A stretch of DNA of 64,000 nt. Origin: Spirochaetia bacterium. GTDB lineage: Bacteria; Spirochaetota; Spirochaetia; SZUA-6; Bin103. The translations under genes were made by a program, and so were the position numbers. Below are positions 48,678 through 59,295 of this stretch, piece after piece; the first letter of the stretch is position 1, and each line of letters opens with the position of its first letter. The notes below the pieces were generated by a model. That model saw only the letters and a list, made by a program, of their open reading frames with translations, was not told where the DNA came from and ran no database searches. The stretch is from NCBI GenBank assembly GCA_965203055.1, contig OZ241863.1, positions 2,048,001 through 2,112,000 on the forward strand, given 5' to 3'.

Positions 48678-49561
48678 GCGGCGCGGCCGTCCGCTATCGC
48701 CGCAGCGCGCTGGAGCGCCTCGCGGAGTTCGTCATCATCGTGGTGCTGGCGGCGGCCGCGCTGGTCACCATCTTCCCGCTGATCTACGTGTTCAACAACT
48801 CGATCAGCGGCAGCGCCGAGATCCTCGGCGGCACGGTGTGGCTGTGGCCCCGCAACGTCACCTGGAACGGCTATTTGACGGTGGTGCAGTCGACCGAAGT
48901 GTGGCGCTCCTACTACAACACGCTGTGGTATACCGGCGTCGGCACGGCGCTCAACGTCTCGATCACGCTCATGGTTGCCTATCCGCTGTCGCGGCGGGCC
49001 TTCAACGGGCGCGGCCTGCTGATGTTCTACATCGCCTTCACCATGTGGTTCAGCGGCGGCATCATCCCGACGTTCATCATCGTGCGCAACCTGGGGCTGT
49101 ACGCCACCCGCTGGGCGATGGTGCTGCCGACCGCCGCGGCGGCCTGGAACATCATCATCACGCGCACCTATCTGCAGAGCAACATCGACGACTCGATCCC
49201 GGAGTCGGCAAAGATCGACGGCGCCAACGACCTGACCATCTTCTTCCGCATTGTCATTCCGGTGTCCAGCACGATCATCGCGGTGAACGTGCTGTTCTAC
49301 GCGGTGGCGCACTGGAATGCCTACTTCCCCGCCCTGATCTACCTGCCCGATCCCGACCTGCACCCGCTGCAGATGATCTTGCGCAAGTTCCTGATCCTGC
49401 CGCCGGAAGAAGAGGAGTTGATGGCGTTCGAGGCGATCGCCGGCGTCACCCGCAACCGCTTCGTGGTGATCATGGTGGGCACGCTGCCGATTCTGGCCGT
49501 CTACCCCTTCCTGCAGCGCTACTTCATCAAGGGCGTGATGATCGGCGCCCTGAAGGGGTGA
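48671..49561 (+). CDS. Carbohydrate ABC permease (LplC-like)
   Basis: FSGGIIP, ESAKIDGA, YPFLQRYFIKG. Confidence 0.93.
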   Translation: MVGGAAVRYRRSALERLAEFVIIVVLAAAALVTIFPLIYVFNNSISGSAEILGGTVWLWPRNVTWNGYLTVVQSTEVWRSYYNTLWYTGVGTALNVSITLMVAYPLSRRAFNGRGLLMFYIAFTMWFSGGIIPTFIIVRNLGLYATRWAMVLPTAAAAWNIIITRTYLQSNIDDSIPESAKIDGANDLTIFFRIVIPVSSTIIAVNVLFYAVAHWNAYFPALIYLPDPDLHPLQMILRKFLILPPEEEELMAFEAIAGVTRNRFVVIMVGTLPILAVYPFLQRYFIKGVMIGALKG

Positions 49562-49604
49562 CCGCGGCGATCACACCGCCAAACCGGGGTCAAGCGCGGC
49601 AGCG

Positions 49605-49647
49605 CCGTTACGCCGCCGCCGCGCGGGCGGCGGCGGCGGCGTAACGG
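49605..49647. terminator. Perfect 18-bp inverted repeat between convergent genes
   Basis: CCGTTACGCCGCCGCCGC, 7-nt loop, GCGGCGGCGGCGTAACGG. Confidence 0.65.
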
Positions 49648-49669
49648 ACGTCTGTCGCCGGTGTCCTGT

Positions 49670-51661
49670 CTATTCCTTGTAGAAGAGCTGCTGGGCGTCG
49701 TAGAACAGGCACGCCTGCCACTCCGCCGAGCCGTTGTACGCCGGCGGGATGTTGCCGAGCTTCGAATTGGCCACGTAGAGCGTCGGCGCCAGTCCTACCG
49801 TGCCGACGACCACGACGTTATCGGCGTGCCAGTCCAGCAGTTCCTCGGAAATCTCCGTGTACTCCGGTGATCCCATGACGGTCAGCAGGCGCTGCTCCAG
49901 CGCCAGAAAGAGATTCTTGTATTCCTCCGGAGGTTCCTCGCCCGGCAGGACGCCGTCGGTGAAGTCGGCCAGCGTCGCCAGTCCGGTGCGCACGCGCTGG
50001 TCCGCTGCCAGCCACGTGCCCCACAACGGCGCCCAACCGAAGTCGGATGCCCCCGGCGCCCAGTGGTTGCCGGTCAGGTAGTGCACGGCTTCGAGCGTAT
50101 TCCCATAGATCATGGCGCCCACCATGCGGTCGGTCATGTCCGAGCGTTCGAAGTACAACTCTCGCTGCATCTCGCTGAGCTGCACGCGGATGCCGACGTT
50201 CTCCCAGTACTCTTCGACCAGGTCGTACATTTCCTGTGGTATGTCCGCCTGAAAGAAGTAATCGACGATCAATTCGAAGCGTTCGCCGTCCGGGCGCAGG
50301 CGGAAGCCGTCCCCGTCGCGCTGGGCCATACCGGCTTCGTCGAGCAGCCGGTTCGCTTCCGCGGGGTCGAACTGCGCGTACGCCTCGCCCCACTCCTGCT
50401 TGTAGAAACTGGCGGAGGGGTCGACGGTAGCCTGCCGCGGCGTGGCCAATCCGAAGTATATCGCGTCGTTCATCTCGTCACGATCGATCGCCAGCGACAT
50501 CGCGCGGCGGAAGCGGACGTCCTGGAACAGCGCCCGCAGCGCCGGCTCCTCGTTGTTCAGGTTGAATCCGAACGCAAGCTGGCTGCCGAGTATTCCGGGG
50601 ATGGGATAGACCGTGTAGCCGGCCGTAGCTTCGCTCTCCTTGTACAGCGTGTAGTTGGCGAACGACGTGTTGTACGCCTGCACGTCCGCCTCGCCGGACA
50701 CGATCTTGAGATCGATCGTCTCCTTGCCGGCAAGATTGTTGACGATGGTGTCGATGTAGGGGAGCTGATTGCCGGCCGTGTCCACCTCGTAGTAGTAGGG
50801 ATTCCGCTCGTACAATCGGTAGGAAGTGGTGAACTCCTTCATGAACCACGGCAGCACCACCGGCTTTTCGAGGTCGCCGAGGGGGTTGACCTGCATGTGG
50901 GCGTTGAACGCGTCCACCCAGGTATCGTGGCCCTCCTCCTTGGCCAGCTTGTCGGCGTCCTCATTGTAGTTGATGTGGTACTTCGACAGGTATTTGCTCG
51001 GCGAGAACGAAATCCAGTGACTCCCCGGCCAGTGCGTAAAGAAGACCGGCAGCGCAGCCAGCGACTCATCGCTCTCGTAGCGCACCGTGCGGTCATCGAC
51101 CTTGACGACGCGGTCCACTATGGTGGCCGGCGCGCCGCCGCCCCAGAAGCTGACCTCGTCGATCCAGTTGATCGCTTCCCACCGAAACAGGATGTCGTCC
51201 GCGGTGAACGGGTCGCCGTTGGACCACTTGAGCCCCTCCCTGAGGGTGAGCAGCATGCTCTTGTTGTCCGCCGACATCTCGAAATCGGTTGCTATGTCGG
51301 CCACGACCTCGCCGTCGTAGGAGAACTCCAGGAGGAACGCCGAACCGTTCTCCGGTCCGTCGCTCAGGTCTCCCCAGGGACTGCTGTCGGGGTTGAACGT
51401 GGTGATCGAGCCGCCGTAGCGCCCCACCGTCTCGAACGGGACGACCACCTTCGGCTCGACCGGCAGCCGTTCGTCGACCGGCGGCAGCTCGCCGGCGGCG
51501 ACCCGGGCGGCCAGCATCGGCGCCTCGCGGTACTTGCCGCCGCCGGAGACCATGACCGCTTCCGTCCCTCCTTCCGGTTCCTCCGCTCCGCTCGCCCAGA
51601 CGGCGGTTGCGAGCGCCAGCGTCATGGTCGCCGCCCCGGCGACCGCGAATAGCTTCTTCAT
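49670..51661 (-). CDS. ABC transporter substrate-binding protein, family 5 (YepA/saccharide-like subgroup)
   Basis: EAPML…GELPPVDERLP, RNPYYYEVDTAGNQLPYID, RFRRAMSLAIDR. GGAGGAG RBS. Confidence 0.92.
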   Translation of the reverse strand: MKKLFAVAGAATMTLALATAVWASGAEEPEGGTEAVMVSGGGKYREAPMLAARVAAGELPPVDERLPVEPKVVVPFETVGRYGGSITTFNPDSSPWGDLSDGPENGSAFLLEFSYDGEVVADIATDFEMSADNKSMLLTLREGLKWSNGDPFTADDILFRWEAINWIDEVSFWGGGAPATIVDRVVKVDDRTVRYESDESLAALPVFFTHWPGSHWISFSPSKYLSKYHINYNEDADKLAKEEGHDTWVDAFNAHMQVNPLGDLEKPVVLPWFMKEFTTSYRLYERNPYYYEVDTAGNQLPYIDTIVNNLAGKETIDLKIVSGEADVQAYNTSFANYTLYKESEATAGYTVYPIPGILGSQLAFGFNLNNEEPALRALFQDVRFRRAMSLAIDRDEMNDAIYFGLATPRQATVDPSASFYKQEWGEAYAQFDPAEANRLLDEAGMAQRDGDGFRLRPDGERFELIVDYFFQADIPQEMYDLVEEYWENVGIRVQLSEMQRELYFERSDMTDRMVGAMIYGNTLEAVHYLTGNHWAPGASDFGWAPLWGTWLAADQRVRTGLATLADFTDGVLPGEEPPEEYKNLFLALEQRLLTVMGSPEYTEISEELLDWHADNVVVVGTVGLAPTLYVANSKLGNIPPAYNGSAEWQACLFYDAQQLFYKE

Positions 51662-51830
51662 GTGGCTTCTCCTCCCGGACGCGGAATCAGGCCGGCGCGG
51701 CGCGCCTCGCCCGCTCCGCGGCGTTCCCCGCCATGATAACCCCGCAGGGGCCACGGTCAAGGCACTCATCGAGCGTGCGCGCGTGCGTGGGCTCGGCAGG
51801 CGGCGCGCGTGTGGTATAAAGGGGGCGGAC

Positions 51831-52829
51831 ATGCTGAGCTACGTCGTCCGGCGCCTGGCCTACATGATCGTGCTGCTGGTGCTGCTCTCGATGGCCACCT
51901 TCGTCATCATCCAGCTCCCGCCCGGCGACTACCTCACCACCCTCACCATCAACATGCGCCGCGCGGGCGTGGTGCTGGACGAAGAGGCGCTCGAAGTGCT
52001 CTCCGAGCGGTACGGGCTTGGCCGTCCGCTTCACGTTCAGTACCTGACCTGGTTCGCGAATCTGTTGCGGGGAGACATGGGCGAGTCCTTCATCTGGGAG
52101 GCGCCGGTCACCGAGATCATAGGGGAGCGGCTGGCGCTCACCGTGACGCTCTCGATCTCGACGTTGATCCTGACCTATCTGATCGCGATTCCCATCGGGA
52201 TCTACTCGGCGACCCATCAGTACTCGGTCGCCGACTACGGCTTCACCACGCTCGGGTTCGTCGGACTGGCCACGCCCAACTTTCTCCTGGCGCTGATCCT
52301 GATGTTCCTGTTCTACAAGTACTTCAACTGGAGCGTGGGGGGACTGTTCTCGCCCGAGTATCAGTTGGCGCCGTGGAGTCTCGGCAAGGTGATCGACCTG
52401 CTCAAGCACTTTCCGATTCCGCTCCTCGTGATCGGCACCGCCGGCGCCGCCAGTCTGATCCGCATCATGCGGGCAACGCTGCTGGACGAGCTGAGCAGGC
52501 AGTACGTGATCACGGCACGCGCCAAGGGAGTCGCCGAGCGCCGGCTGCTGTTCCGCTACCCGGTGCGGGTAGCGATCAACCCGGTGGTGAGCACCATCGG
52601 CTGGCTGCTGCCGGAGACCATCTCCGGGGCGACCCTCACGGCGATCGTGCTCAGTCTGCCTACCATCGGGCCGCTGCTGCTGCGGGCGCTGGAGGCGCAG
52701 GACATGTTCCTGGCGGGCAGCATGGTGATGCTGCTGAGCGCGCTGGGCATTGTGGGTACGCTGATTTCGGATCTGCTGCTGGTGGTGGTCGATCCCCGGA
52801 TTCGCTTCGAGCGGCAGGCAACGGGATGA
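51831..52829 (+). CDS. ABC permease, DppB-like
   Basis: IQLPPGD, YVITARAKG, QDMFLAG, DPRIR. Confidence 0.93.
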   Translation: MLSYVVRRLAYMIVLLVLLSMATFVIIQLPPGDYLTTLTINMRRAGVVLDEEALEVLSERYGLGRPLHVQYLTWFANLLRGDMGESFIWEAPVTEIIGERLALTVTLSISTLILTYLIAIPIGIYSATHQYSVADYGFTTLGFVGLATPNFLLALILMFLFYKYFNWSVGGLFSPEYQLAPWSLGKVIDLLKHFPIPLLVIGTAGAASLIRIMRATLLDELSRQYVITARAKGVAERRLLFRYPVRVAINPVVSTIGWLLPETISGATLTAIVLSLPTIGPLLLRALEAQDMFLAGSMVMLLSALGIVGTLISDLLLVVVDPRIRFERQATG

Positions 52830-53959
52830 GCGGCGGCGCGCCGATCGGCCGGCGGCGGAAGCGCCAGGATACCGAAGCGTACTACCTGGCATCCAGTTGG
52901 GTGCTGATGAAGCGCAAGTTCCTGCGCCACAAGCTGGCGATTGCCGGCGGCTGCGTGCTGCTGGTGTTCTACGTAACGGGCGCGGCGTTCTCCGGCTTCT
53001 TCTCGACCGCCGACATCGCCCGGCGCCACCCCGACTACGCGCTGGCGCCGCCGCAACGGATCCACTTCTTTCACGACGGAAGGCTGCGCGCGCCGTTCGT
53101 GTACGGTACCGCGGTCAAGGTCAATCCGGAGACCTTTCGGCGCACCTACGTGGAGGAGCGGAGCACGCTTCACCCGCTCCGCTTCTTCACCCGCGGCGAC
53201 CGTTACCGGCTGCTCGGGCTGTGGGACACCACGATCCGCTTCGTGGGGGTGGCGGAGCCCGGTACCCTGTTCCTGTTCGGGACCGACAACCTGGGCCGCG
53301 ACATCTACTCCCGTACCCTGGCCGGCGCCCGCATCTCGCTGACCATCGGCTTGGTGGGGGTGGCGCTGAGCTTCGCCCTCGGCTCGCTGCTCGGAGGGCT
53401 GTCCGGCTACTTCGGCGGCGCCCCGGACATGCTGATCCAGCGGGCGATCGACTTTCTGGTCTCCATACCGACCCTGCCGCTGTGGATGGCGCTCGCGGCC
53501 GCGGTGCCCAGCGACTGGCCCCCGGTGCGCACCTACTTCATGATTACCATCATCCTGTCGGTAGTGGGATGGACCGGGTTGGCGCGGGTAGTGCGCGGCA
53601 AGCTGCTTCAGCTCCGGGTCGAAGACTACGTGCTGGCGGCGAAGATCGCGGGAGCCGGCGAGCTGACCACCATCGTGCGCCACCTGCTGCCGGGGTTCAT
53701 GAGCTACCTGGTGGTGCATCTGACCCTCGCGGTCCCGGCGATGATCCTGGGCGAGACGGCGCTGAGCTTCATCGGCTTCGGTCTGAGGCCGCCGGTCGTC
53801 AGTTGGGGGGTCCTGCTGCAGCAGGCGCAGAACGTCCGTACCCTGGCGGTGAGCCCGTGGCTGCTGATTCCGGCCCTGTTCGTGGTCATCACGGTGCTGT
53901 GCTTCAACTTCCTGGGCGACGGGCTCAGGGATGCAACCGATCCCTACCGCTCAACGTGA
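52826..53959 (+). CDS. ABC permease, DppC-like
   Basis: FGTDNLGRD, EDYVLAA, GDGLRDATDPY. ATGA overlap with the upstream gene. Confidence 0.92.
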   Translation: MSGGAPIGRRRKRQDTEAYYLASSWVLMKRKFLRHKLAIAGGCVLLVFYVTGAAFSGFFSTADIARRHPDYALAPPQRIHFFHDGRLRAPFVYGTAVKVNPETFRRTYVEERSTLHPLRFFTRGDRYRLLGLWDTTIRFVGVAEPGTLFLFGTDNLGRDIYSRTLAGARISLTIGLVGVALSFALGSLLGGLSGYFGGAPDMLIQRAIDFLVSIPTLPLWMALAAAVPSDWPPVRTYFMITIILSVVGWTGLARVVRGKLLQLRVEDYVLAAKIAGAGELTTIVRHLLPGFMSYLVVHLTLAVPAMILGETALSFIGFGLRPPVVSWGVLLQQAQNVRTLAVSPWLLIPALFVVITVLCFNFLGDGLRDATDPYRST

Positions 53960-54041
53960 CCGCCGCTGCCTCCGCTGCCGCCCGCGCGCCCTTGACAACC
54001 CGGCAACGTCAACTACGGTAACTCCCGTCAAGGAGAATGCT

Positions 54042-56081
54042 ATGGACAGACGACTACTGACGGCAGCCGCGGCGCTGGCGCTGATGCCGTGGGCGGCGTT
54101 CGCCGGCGGCAGTGACGAGTCTCCCGCGGCCAGCGCCGCGGAGACCTCGGCGCCGGCGGCCGCGCAGCCAATGCCGGAGGCCGAAGGACTGGTGCCCGGC
54201 ATGGTGAACTTCTACGCCACCGTCACCGAGTACGAGCAGGCCACCGGCAACCGCATCACCGGCTTCCGGGAAGCGCCGCTGCTGGCCGCCCGCGTCGAGG
54301 CCGGCGAGCTGCCGCCGCTTGCGGAGCGCATGCCGGACGACCCGATGGTGATCATTCCCCTCGAGAGCATCGGCTCCTACGGCGGCAGCCTGCGCCATGC
54401 GGCGCTGAGCCCGGTCACCGCCGGCGCGGAGTCGTGGACCGCGCGCACCCAACCGCTGTTGATGGTCCACCCCAGCCTGCAGGCAATCGCCCCGAACGCC
54501 GCCACCGGCTGGGAGTGGAACGACGAGTTCTCGCAGCTCACCGTCTATCTGCGACCGGGTCTGCGCTGGAGCGACGGCGACCCGTTGACGGCCGACGACT
54601 TCACCTTCTGGTACGAGGATTTTCTGGGCAACGAGCTGTTGCTGGCGTCGCTGCCCGCGTCATGGCGCCCGCTCGAACGTCTGGAGCGGATCGATGACTA
54701 CACCGTGCGCTTCGTGTTCAGCAAGCCCTATCCCAGCGTCCTGAACGTGCTCGGCACCGAAGCCCGCCGCTACCATGAAGTGCCGTTCCTGCCCTCCCAT
54801 TTCCTGGCCCGGTTTCACGCCGATCACAACCCGGACGCCGCCGAGCTCGCCAAGTCCGAAGGCTACGAAAGCTGGGCGCAACTGTTCCTCAGCAAGTGGC
54901 CGGTCGACGTGCAGCAGCGCATGGACCCGGCCATTCCCACCATCGACCCCTGGACCATGGTCGAGGTGGACGAACTGGGCAACAAGTTCTTCGAGCGCAA
55001 CCCGTACTACTGGAAGGTGGATCCGGCCGGCAACCAACTGCCCTACATCGACACCCAGGACCGCCTGCTGCACGAAAACCTCGAAGCGGTCACCTCCAAG
55101 ATCATCGCCGGCGAGCTGGACTACGCCCTGCAGTTCACCACGATGGACAACTTCACCCTCTACAAGGAGAACGAGGAGCGCGGCGGGTACCGCACCAAGC
55201 TGTGGTTCGATGGCCGCGGCAACGTGATGCTGGCGATCCGCCCCAACCTCAACCACCGCGATCCGGTGATGCGCGAGCTGTTCCAGGACCTTCGCTTCCG
55301 CGAAGCGCTGTCGCTCGCGCTCGACCGCGACGAAATCAATGAGGTGATCTGGCGCGGGTTGGCGACGCCGCGCGCCGCCACGGTCGATCCGACCGTCAGC
55401 TTCTACGAACCGTGGATGGGCGAGAAGTTCATTGCCTACGACGTGGACCGCGCCAACGCGATTCTGGATGAGCTGGGACTGGCCTGGGACGACCGCCGGG
55501 AGTTCCGCCTGCGGCCGGACGGCGCCGCGCTGACCATCAACATCGACTACTTCCAGTTGGAGGAGAAGATGGAAGTGGGCGTGGAGCTGATCAAGCAGTT
55601 CTGGGAGGAGATCGGCGTCAAGGTGCCGACGCGCGCGGTGGACGGTCCGCTGGTCGGCCAGCGCCGCGCCGCCGGCGAGCTGGACGTCTGGGTGTGGAAC
55701 TTCGATCAGACCACCGAGATCGGCTTTCACGGGCGGCCCACCTTTCACATGCCGCCGCTGGAGAACGCCGTGGATTGGAACGCCTGGTTCAGTTCCGGCG
55801 GGCAACAGGGCGCTGAGCCGCCGGCCGAAGTGGTGCGCTGGATGGAGCTGGCCGCGGAGTTTCAGCAGTACCCGATGGGCCACGCCCGCTACACCGAGAT
55901 CGGCCGCGAGCTGCTCACGGTGGCGGCCAACAACCTGTGGGACATAGGCATTGCCGGCATCACGCCGAAGCCGATGACGGTCAAGGCCAACCTGCGCAAC
56001 GTGAAGGGCGAAGGCGGCCTGTTCATCTATTCCTACCGGTTCTGGATGATCTATCACCCGGAGCAGTGGTACTACGAGTGA
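54042..56081 (+). CDS. ABC transporter substrate-binding protein, family 5
   Basis: EAPLL…GELPPLAERMP, RNPYYWKVDPAGNQLPYID. AAGGAG RBS; TTGACA-16-TACGGT upstream. Confidence 0.92.
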   Translation: MDRRLLTAAAALALMPWAAFAGGSDESPAASAAETSAPAAAQPMPEAEGLVPGMVNFYATVTEYEQATGNRITGFREAPLLAARVEAGELPPLAERMPDDPMVIIPLESIGSYGGSLRHAALSPVTAGAESWTARTQPLLMVHPSLQAIAPNAATGWEWNDEFSQLTVYLRPGLRWSDGDPLTADDFTFWYEDFLGNELLLASLPASWRPLERLERIDDYTVRFVFSKPYPSVLNVLGTEARRYHEVPFLPSHFLARFHADHNPDAAELAKSEGYESWAQLFLSKWPVDVQQRMDPAIPTIDPWTMVEVDELGNKFFERNPYYWKVDPAGNQLPYIDTQDRLLHENLEAVTSKIIAGELDYALQFTTMDNFTLYKENEERGGYRTKLWFDGRGNVMLAIRPNLNHRDPVMRELFQDLRFREALSLALDRDEINEVIWRGLATPRAATVDPTVSFYEPWMGEKFIAYDVDRANAILDELGLAWDDRREFRLRPDGAALTINIDYFQLEEKMEVGVELIKQFWEEIGVKVPTRAVDGPLVGQRRAAGELDVWVWNFDQTTEIGFHGRPTFHMPPLENAVDWNAWFSSGGQQGAEPPAEVVRWMELAAEFQQYPMGHARYTEIGRELLTVAANNLWDIGIAGITPKPMTVKANLRNVKGEGGLFIYSYRFWMIYHPEQWYYE

Positions 56082-56185
56082 GGCTGCCGCGCCGGAGGCC
56101 GCCGGCGGCGTGACCAGGCGGCCGCGGCGCTCGCGGCCACCGCGGCGGCGCCCGGCCGCGACGGTCCTGCGGCGATGATCCCGCC

Positions 56186-57169
56186 ATGCTGAGGTTCGCC
56201 GTTCGCCGCCTGCTCTACATGTTCATCCTGGTCGCCGCGGTGGCGGTGCTGGGGTTCGTGGTGATCCAGCTCCCGCCCGGCGACTGGCTCAGCACCTACA
56301 TCCTGCAGGTGGAGATGAGCGGCGACCGCGTCGACCAGGAACAGGTCGAGACCCTCAAGCGGATGTACGGCCTGGACCGTTCGCTGATCGACCAGTTCCT
56401 GCACTGGGTGTGGGGCATGCTGCGCGGCAACTTCGGCTATTCCTTCTTCTGGAACCGTCCGGTGGCCGATCTGGTCACCGAGCGCCTGGGGTTCACCCTG
56501 CTGATCAGCGGCTCCACCATCATCTTCAGCTACGTCATGGCGGTCGCCATCGGCGTGTACTCGGCGACCCGGCAGTACGGCATCGGCGACTACGCGGCCA
56601 CGGTGCTGGGATTTCTGGGCCTGTCGACGCCCCCGTTTCTGGTGGCGCTGGTCCTGGTCTGGTTCTTCCTCGTCCTGTTCGACGTCAACGTGGTGGGACT
56701 GTTCTCGCCCGACTATCTCAACGCCGACTGGTCCTTTGCCCGGGTGCTCGATCTGTTGAAGCACCTGCCGGTGCCGGTACTGGTGATCGGGCTGGGCGGC
56801 ATCGCCGGGTTGCAGCGGATCATGCGCGCCACGCTGCTCGATGAGCTGCGCCGGCAGTACGTCATCACGGCGCGGGCCAAGGGGGTGCAAGAGACCACGC
56901 TGCTGTTCAAGTATCCGGTGCGCGTGGCGATCAATCCGATCATCAGCACCGTGGCCTGGGTCTTTCCCGAGCTGGTGTCGGGCGGCGCCATCGTCGCCGT
57001 GGTGCTCAATCTGCCAACCATGGGACCGCTGCTGCTGTCGTCGCTGCGCGGACAGGACATGTTCCTGGCCGGCGCCATCATGACCCTGCTGAGCGTGATG
57101 ACGGTGGTGGGGTTCTTCCTCTCCGACCTGCTGCTGATGGTGATCGACCCGCGCATCCGCATGGAGTAG
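56186..57169 (+). CDS. ABC permease, DppB-like
   Basis: IQLPPGD, YVITARAKG, QDMFLAG, DPRIR. Confidence 0.93.
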   Translation: MLRFAVRRLLYMFILVAAVAVLGFVVIQLPPGDWLSTYILQVEMSGDRVDQEQVETLKRMYGLDRSLIDQFLHWVWGMLRGNFGYSFFWNRPVADLVTERLGFTLLISGSTIIFSYVMAVAIGVYSATRQYGIGDYAATVLGFLGLSTPPFLVALVLVWFFLVLFDVNVVGLFSPDYLNADWSFARVLDLLKHLPVPVLVIGLGGIAGLQRIMRATLLDELRRQYVITARAKGVQETTLLFKYPVRVAINPIISTVAWVFPELVSGGAIVAVVLNLPTMGPLLLSSLRGQDMFLAGAIMTLLSVMTVVGFFLSDLLLMVIDPRIRME

Positions 57170-57180
57170 GACGCGCACCG

Positions 57181-58290
57181 ATGGCCCGCGCCGCGCCAGC
57201 CCCGGACGCCGAACGCTACGAGCTGGCCTCGCAGTGGCAGCTCATGCGCCGCAGCTTTCGCCGCCATCGCGCCGCCCTGGTCGGCATGGTGGTGCTGGCG
57301 TTGTTCTATGCGGCGGCGCTGTTCGCCGAGTTCATCGCCCCGCATGACCCCAACCAGCGCAACTCCGGCTTCATCGAGGCGCGCCCGCAACGGGTACGCA
57401 TCTTCCATCAAGGCCGTCTGGTGCGCCCGTTCGTCTACCCCCTGGTCAAGTCGGTGGACCTGGAAACGCTGGCGCGCATCTACACCGACGACGAGGGCCG
57501 GCGGCTGCCCCTGCGGTGGTTCGCGCCCGGCGACGAGTACCGGCTGTGGAACGTGATTCCGGCGCGCCGGCACCTGTTCGGCGCCGGCGAAGGCGAACGT
57601 CTGTTCCTGTTCGGCACCGACAAGCTCGGCCGCGACCTGCTGTCGCGGGTGATCTACGCCACCCGCGTGTCGTTGTCGATCGGGCTGCTGGGGGTGGCGG
57701 TGAGCTTCGTGCTGGGGTCGCTGTGCGGCGGGCTGTCCGGCTACCTGGGCGGGCGCACCGACGTGATCATCCAGCGGATCATCGAGTTCCTGTTGGCGAT
57801 TCCCAAGATCCCGCTGTGGATGGCGCTCGCCGCGGCGCTGCCGCCGGGCTGGGACCCGGTAAAGCTGTACTTCGGCATGACGCTGATCCTGTCCCTGGTA
57901 GGGTGGACCCAGATCGCCCGGGTGGTGCGCGGCAAGATCATCAGCCTGCGGGAGGAAGACTACGTGGCCGCGGCCCGCATCGCCGGCGCGCGCACCGGCG
58001 CCATACTGCTGCGCCACCTGCTGCCCGGCTTCCTGAGCTACCTGATCGTGAGCCTGACGCTGGCGGTGCCGCAGATGATCCTCGCCGAGACCTCCCTGAG
58101 CTTTCTGGGACTGGGCCTGCAGCCGCCGGCGATAAGCTGGGGAGTGCTGCTGCAGGACGCGCAGGCGATCCGCTCCATCGCCCTGCAGCCCTGGCTGCTG
58201 ATCCCGGGGCTGTTCGTGGTGGCCGCCGTGCTCTCCTTCAACTTCGTAGGCGACGGCCTGCGCGACGCCTCCGACCCCTACTCCCAATAA
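57181..58290 (+). CDS. ABC permease, DppC-like
   Basis: FGTDKLGRD, EDYVAAA, GDGLRDASDPY. Confidence 0.93.
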   Translation: MARAAPAPDAERYELASQWQLMRRSFRRHRAALVGMVVLALFYAAALFAEFIAPHDPNQRNSGFIEARPQRVRIFHQGRLVRPFVYPLVKSVDLETLARIYTDDEGRRLPLRWFAPGDEYRLWNVIPARRHLFGAGEGERLFLFGTDKLGRDLLSRVIYATRVSLSIGLLGVAVSFVLGSLCGGLSGYLGGRTDVIIQRIIEFLLAIPKIPLWMALAAALPPGWDPVKLYFGMTLILSLVGWTQIARVVRGKIISLREEDYVAAARIAGARTGAILLRHLLPGFLSYLIVSLTLAVPQMILAETSLSFLGLGLQPPAISWGVLLQDAQAIRSIALQPWLLIPGLFVVAAVLSFNFVGDGLRDASDPYSQ

Positions 58291-58349
58291 CCCGGCGCCG
58301 CGCGTCTGGTGCTTGACAGCGGCGCCGGCTTGTGGCACGAGACGGGGGG

Positions 58350-59264
58350 ATGCAGAGACCTGACGTTGCCGCGGTGACCGGCGGCCTCGAGGCGGCGAAG
58401 GCGCACCTGGACGAGCACGGCTACTGCGTGGTGGAAGGCGCGATCAGCAGCGCGGCTGCGGCCGCGCTCCGCAAGCGGCTCACCGAGCAGGCCGAAGCGG
58501 AGGCTCAACTCGGCGCGGCCAGCGTGCTCCCGGACAAGAAGCAGCTCATCTACTTTCTCCTGAACAAGGGGCAGGGATTCCGCGACCTGTTGTTCCATCC
58601 GACCATGCGCCAGCTCGTCGGGCACGTCATCGGGCCGCGCTACCTGCTGTCGTCCTACAACGGGCACATCGCCCTTCCCGGCGGTACGACTCGATTCCAC
58701 ACCGATCAGTGGTGGATGCCGCCGCCGACCACCTCCGCCCGGCGCACGCTGCTGCGGCCGGGAGAGATCGCCCGCGACGACCATCGCGGCCACTACCGGC
58801 TCGGCGCGGAGGGCAGCGCTCCGGCAGCCATCGCGCCGGCCTGCGTCTGCAACGTGATGTGGACCGTCGATGACTTCACGGCCGAGAACGGCGCCACCAT
58901 CGTGGTGCCGGGCAGCCACCTGTTCGGGCGCGAGCCCGACCACGAGCTGGACGCGGACGCCGGCTGGAAGCCCGCGGAGGCGCCGGCGGGAAGCTTCATC
59001 GTGCTCGACGGCCGCGTGTGGCACTCGACCGGCGAGAACCGGACCGACCGCGCGCGCATCGGCCTGACCACCAATTTCTGCGCCTGGCAGTTCCGCCAGC
59101 AGGAGAACCTCGCCATGGGGGTCTCCCCCGAAGTCCTGGCGAACGCCTCGACCGAGCTGCTCGATCTGATCGGCTTCCGGCCGACGTTCGGCTACGGGGG
59201 CATCGAGGCGCGGGAGCGCATCGCGCGCGGCCAGTACGCGCTGGGCGAGATGAAGCCCTCGTAG
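58350..59264 (+). CDS. Phytanoyl-CoA dioxygenase (PhyH) family protein
   Basis: FHTD, ENGATIVVPGSH, RVWHS, RQQEN. Confidence 0.9.
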   Translation: MQRPDVAAVTGGLEAAKAHLDEHGYCVVEGAISSAAAAALRKRLTEQAEAEAQLGAASVLPDKKQLIYFLLNKGQGFRDLLFHPTMRQLVGHVIGPRYLLSSYNGHIALPGGTTRFHTDQWWMPPPTTSARRTLLRPGEIARDDHRGHYRLGAEGSAPAAIAPACVCNVMWTVDDFTAENGATIVVPGSHLFGREPDHELDADAGWKPAEAPAGSFIVLDGRVWHSTGENRTDRARIGLTTNFCAWQFRQQENLAMGVSPEVLANASTELLDLIGFRPTFGYGGIEARERIARGQYALGEMKPS

Positions 59265-59295
59265 CGTGCAGTCGGAGCACGACAGGAGGATGAAG

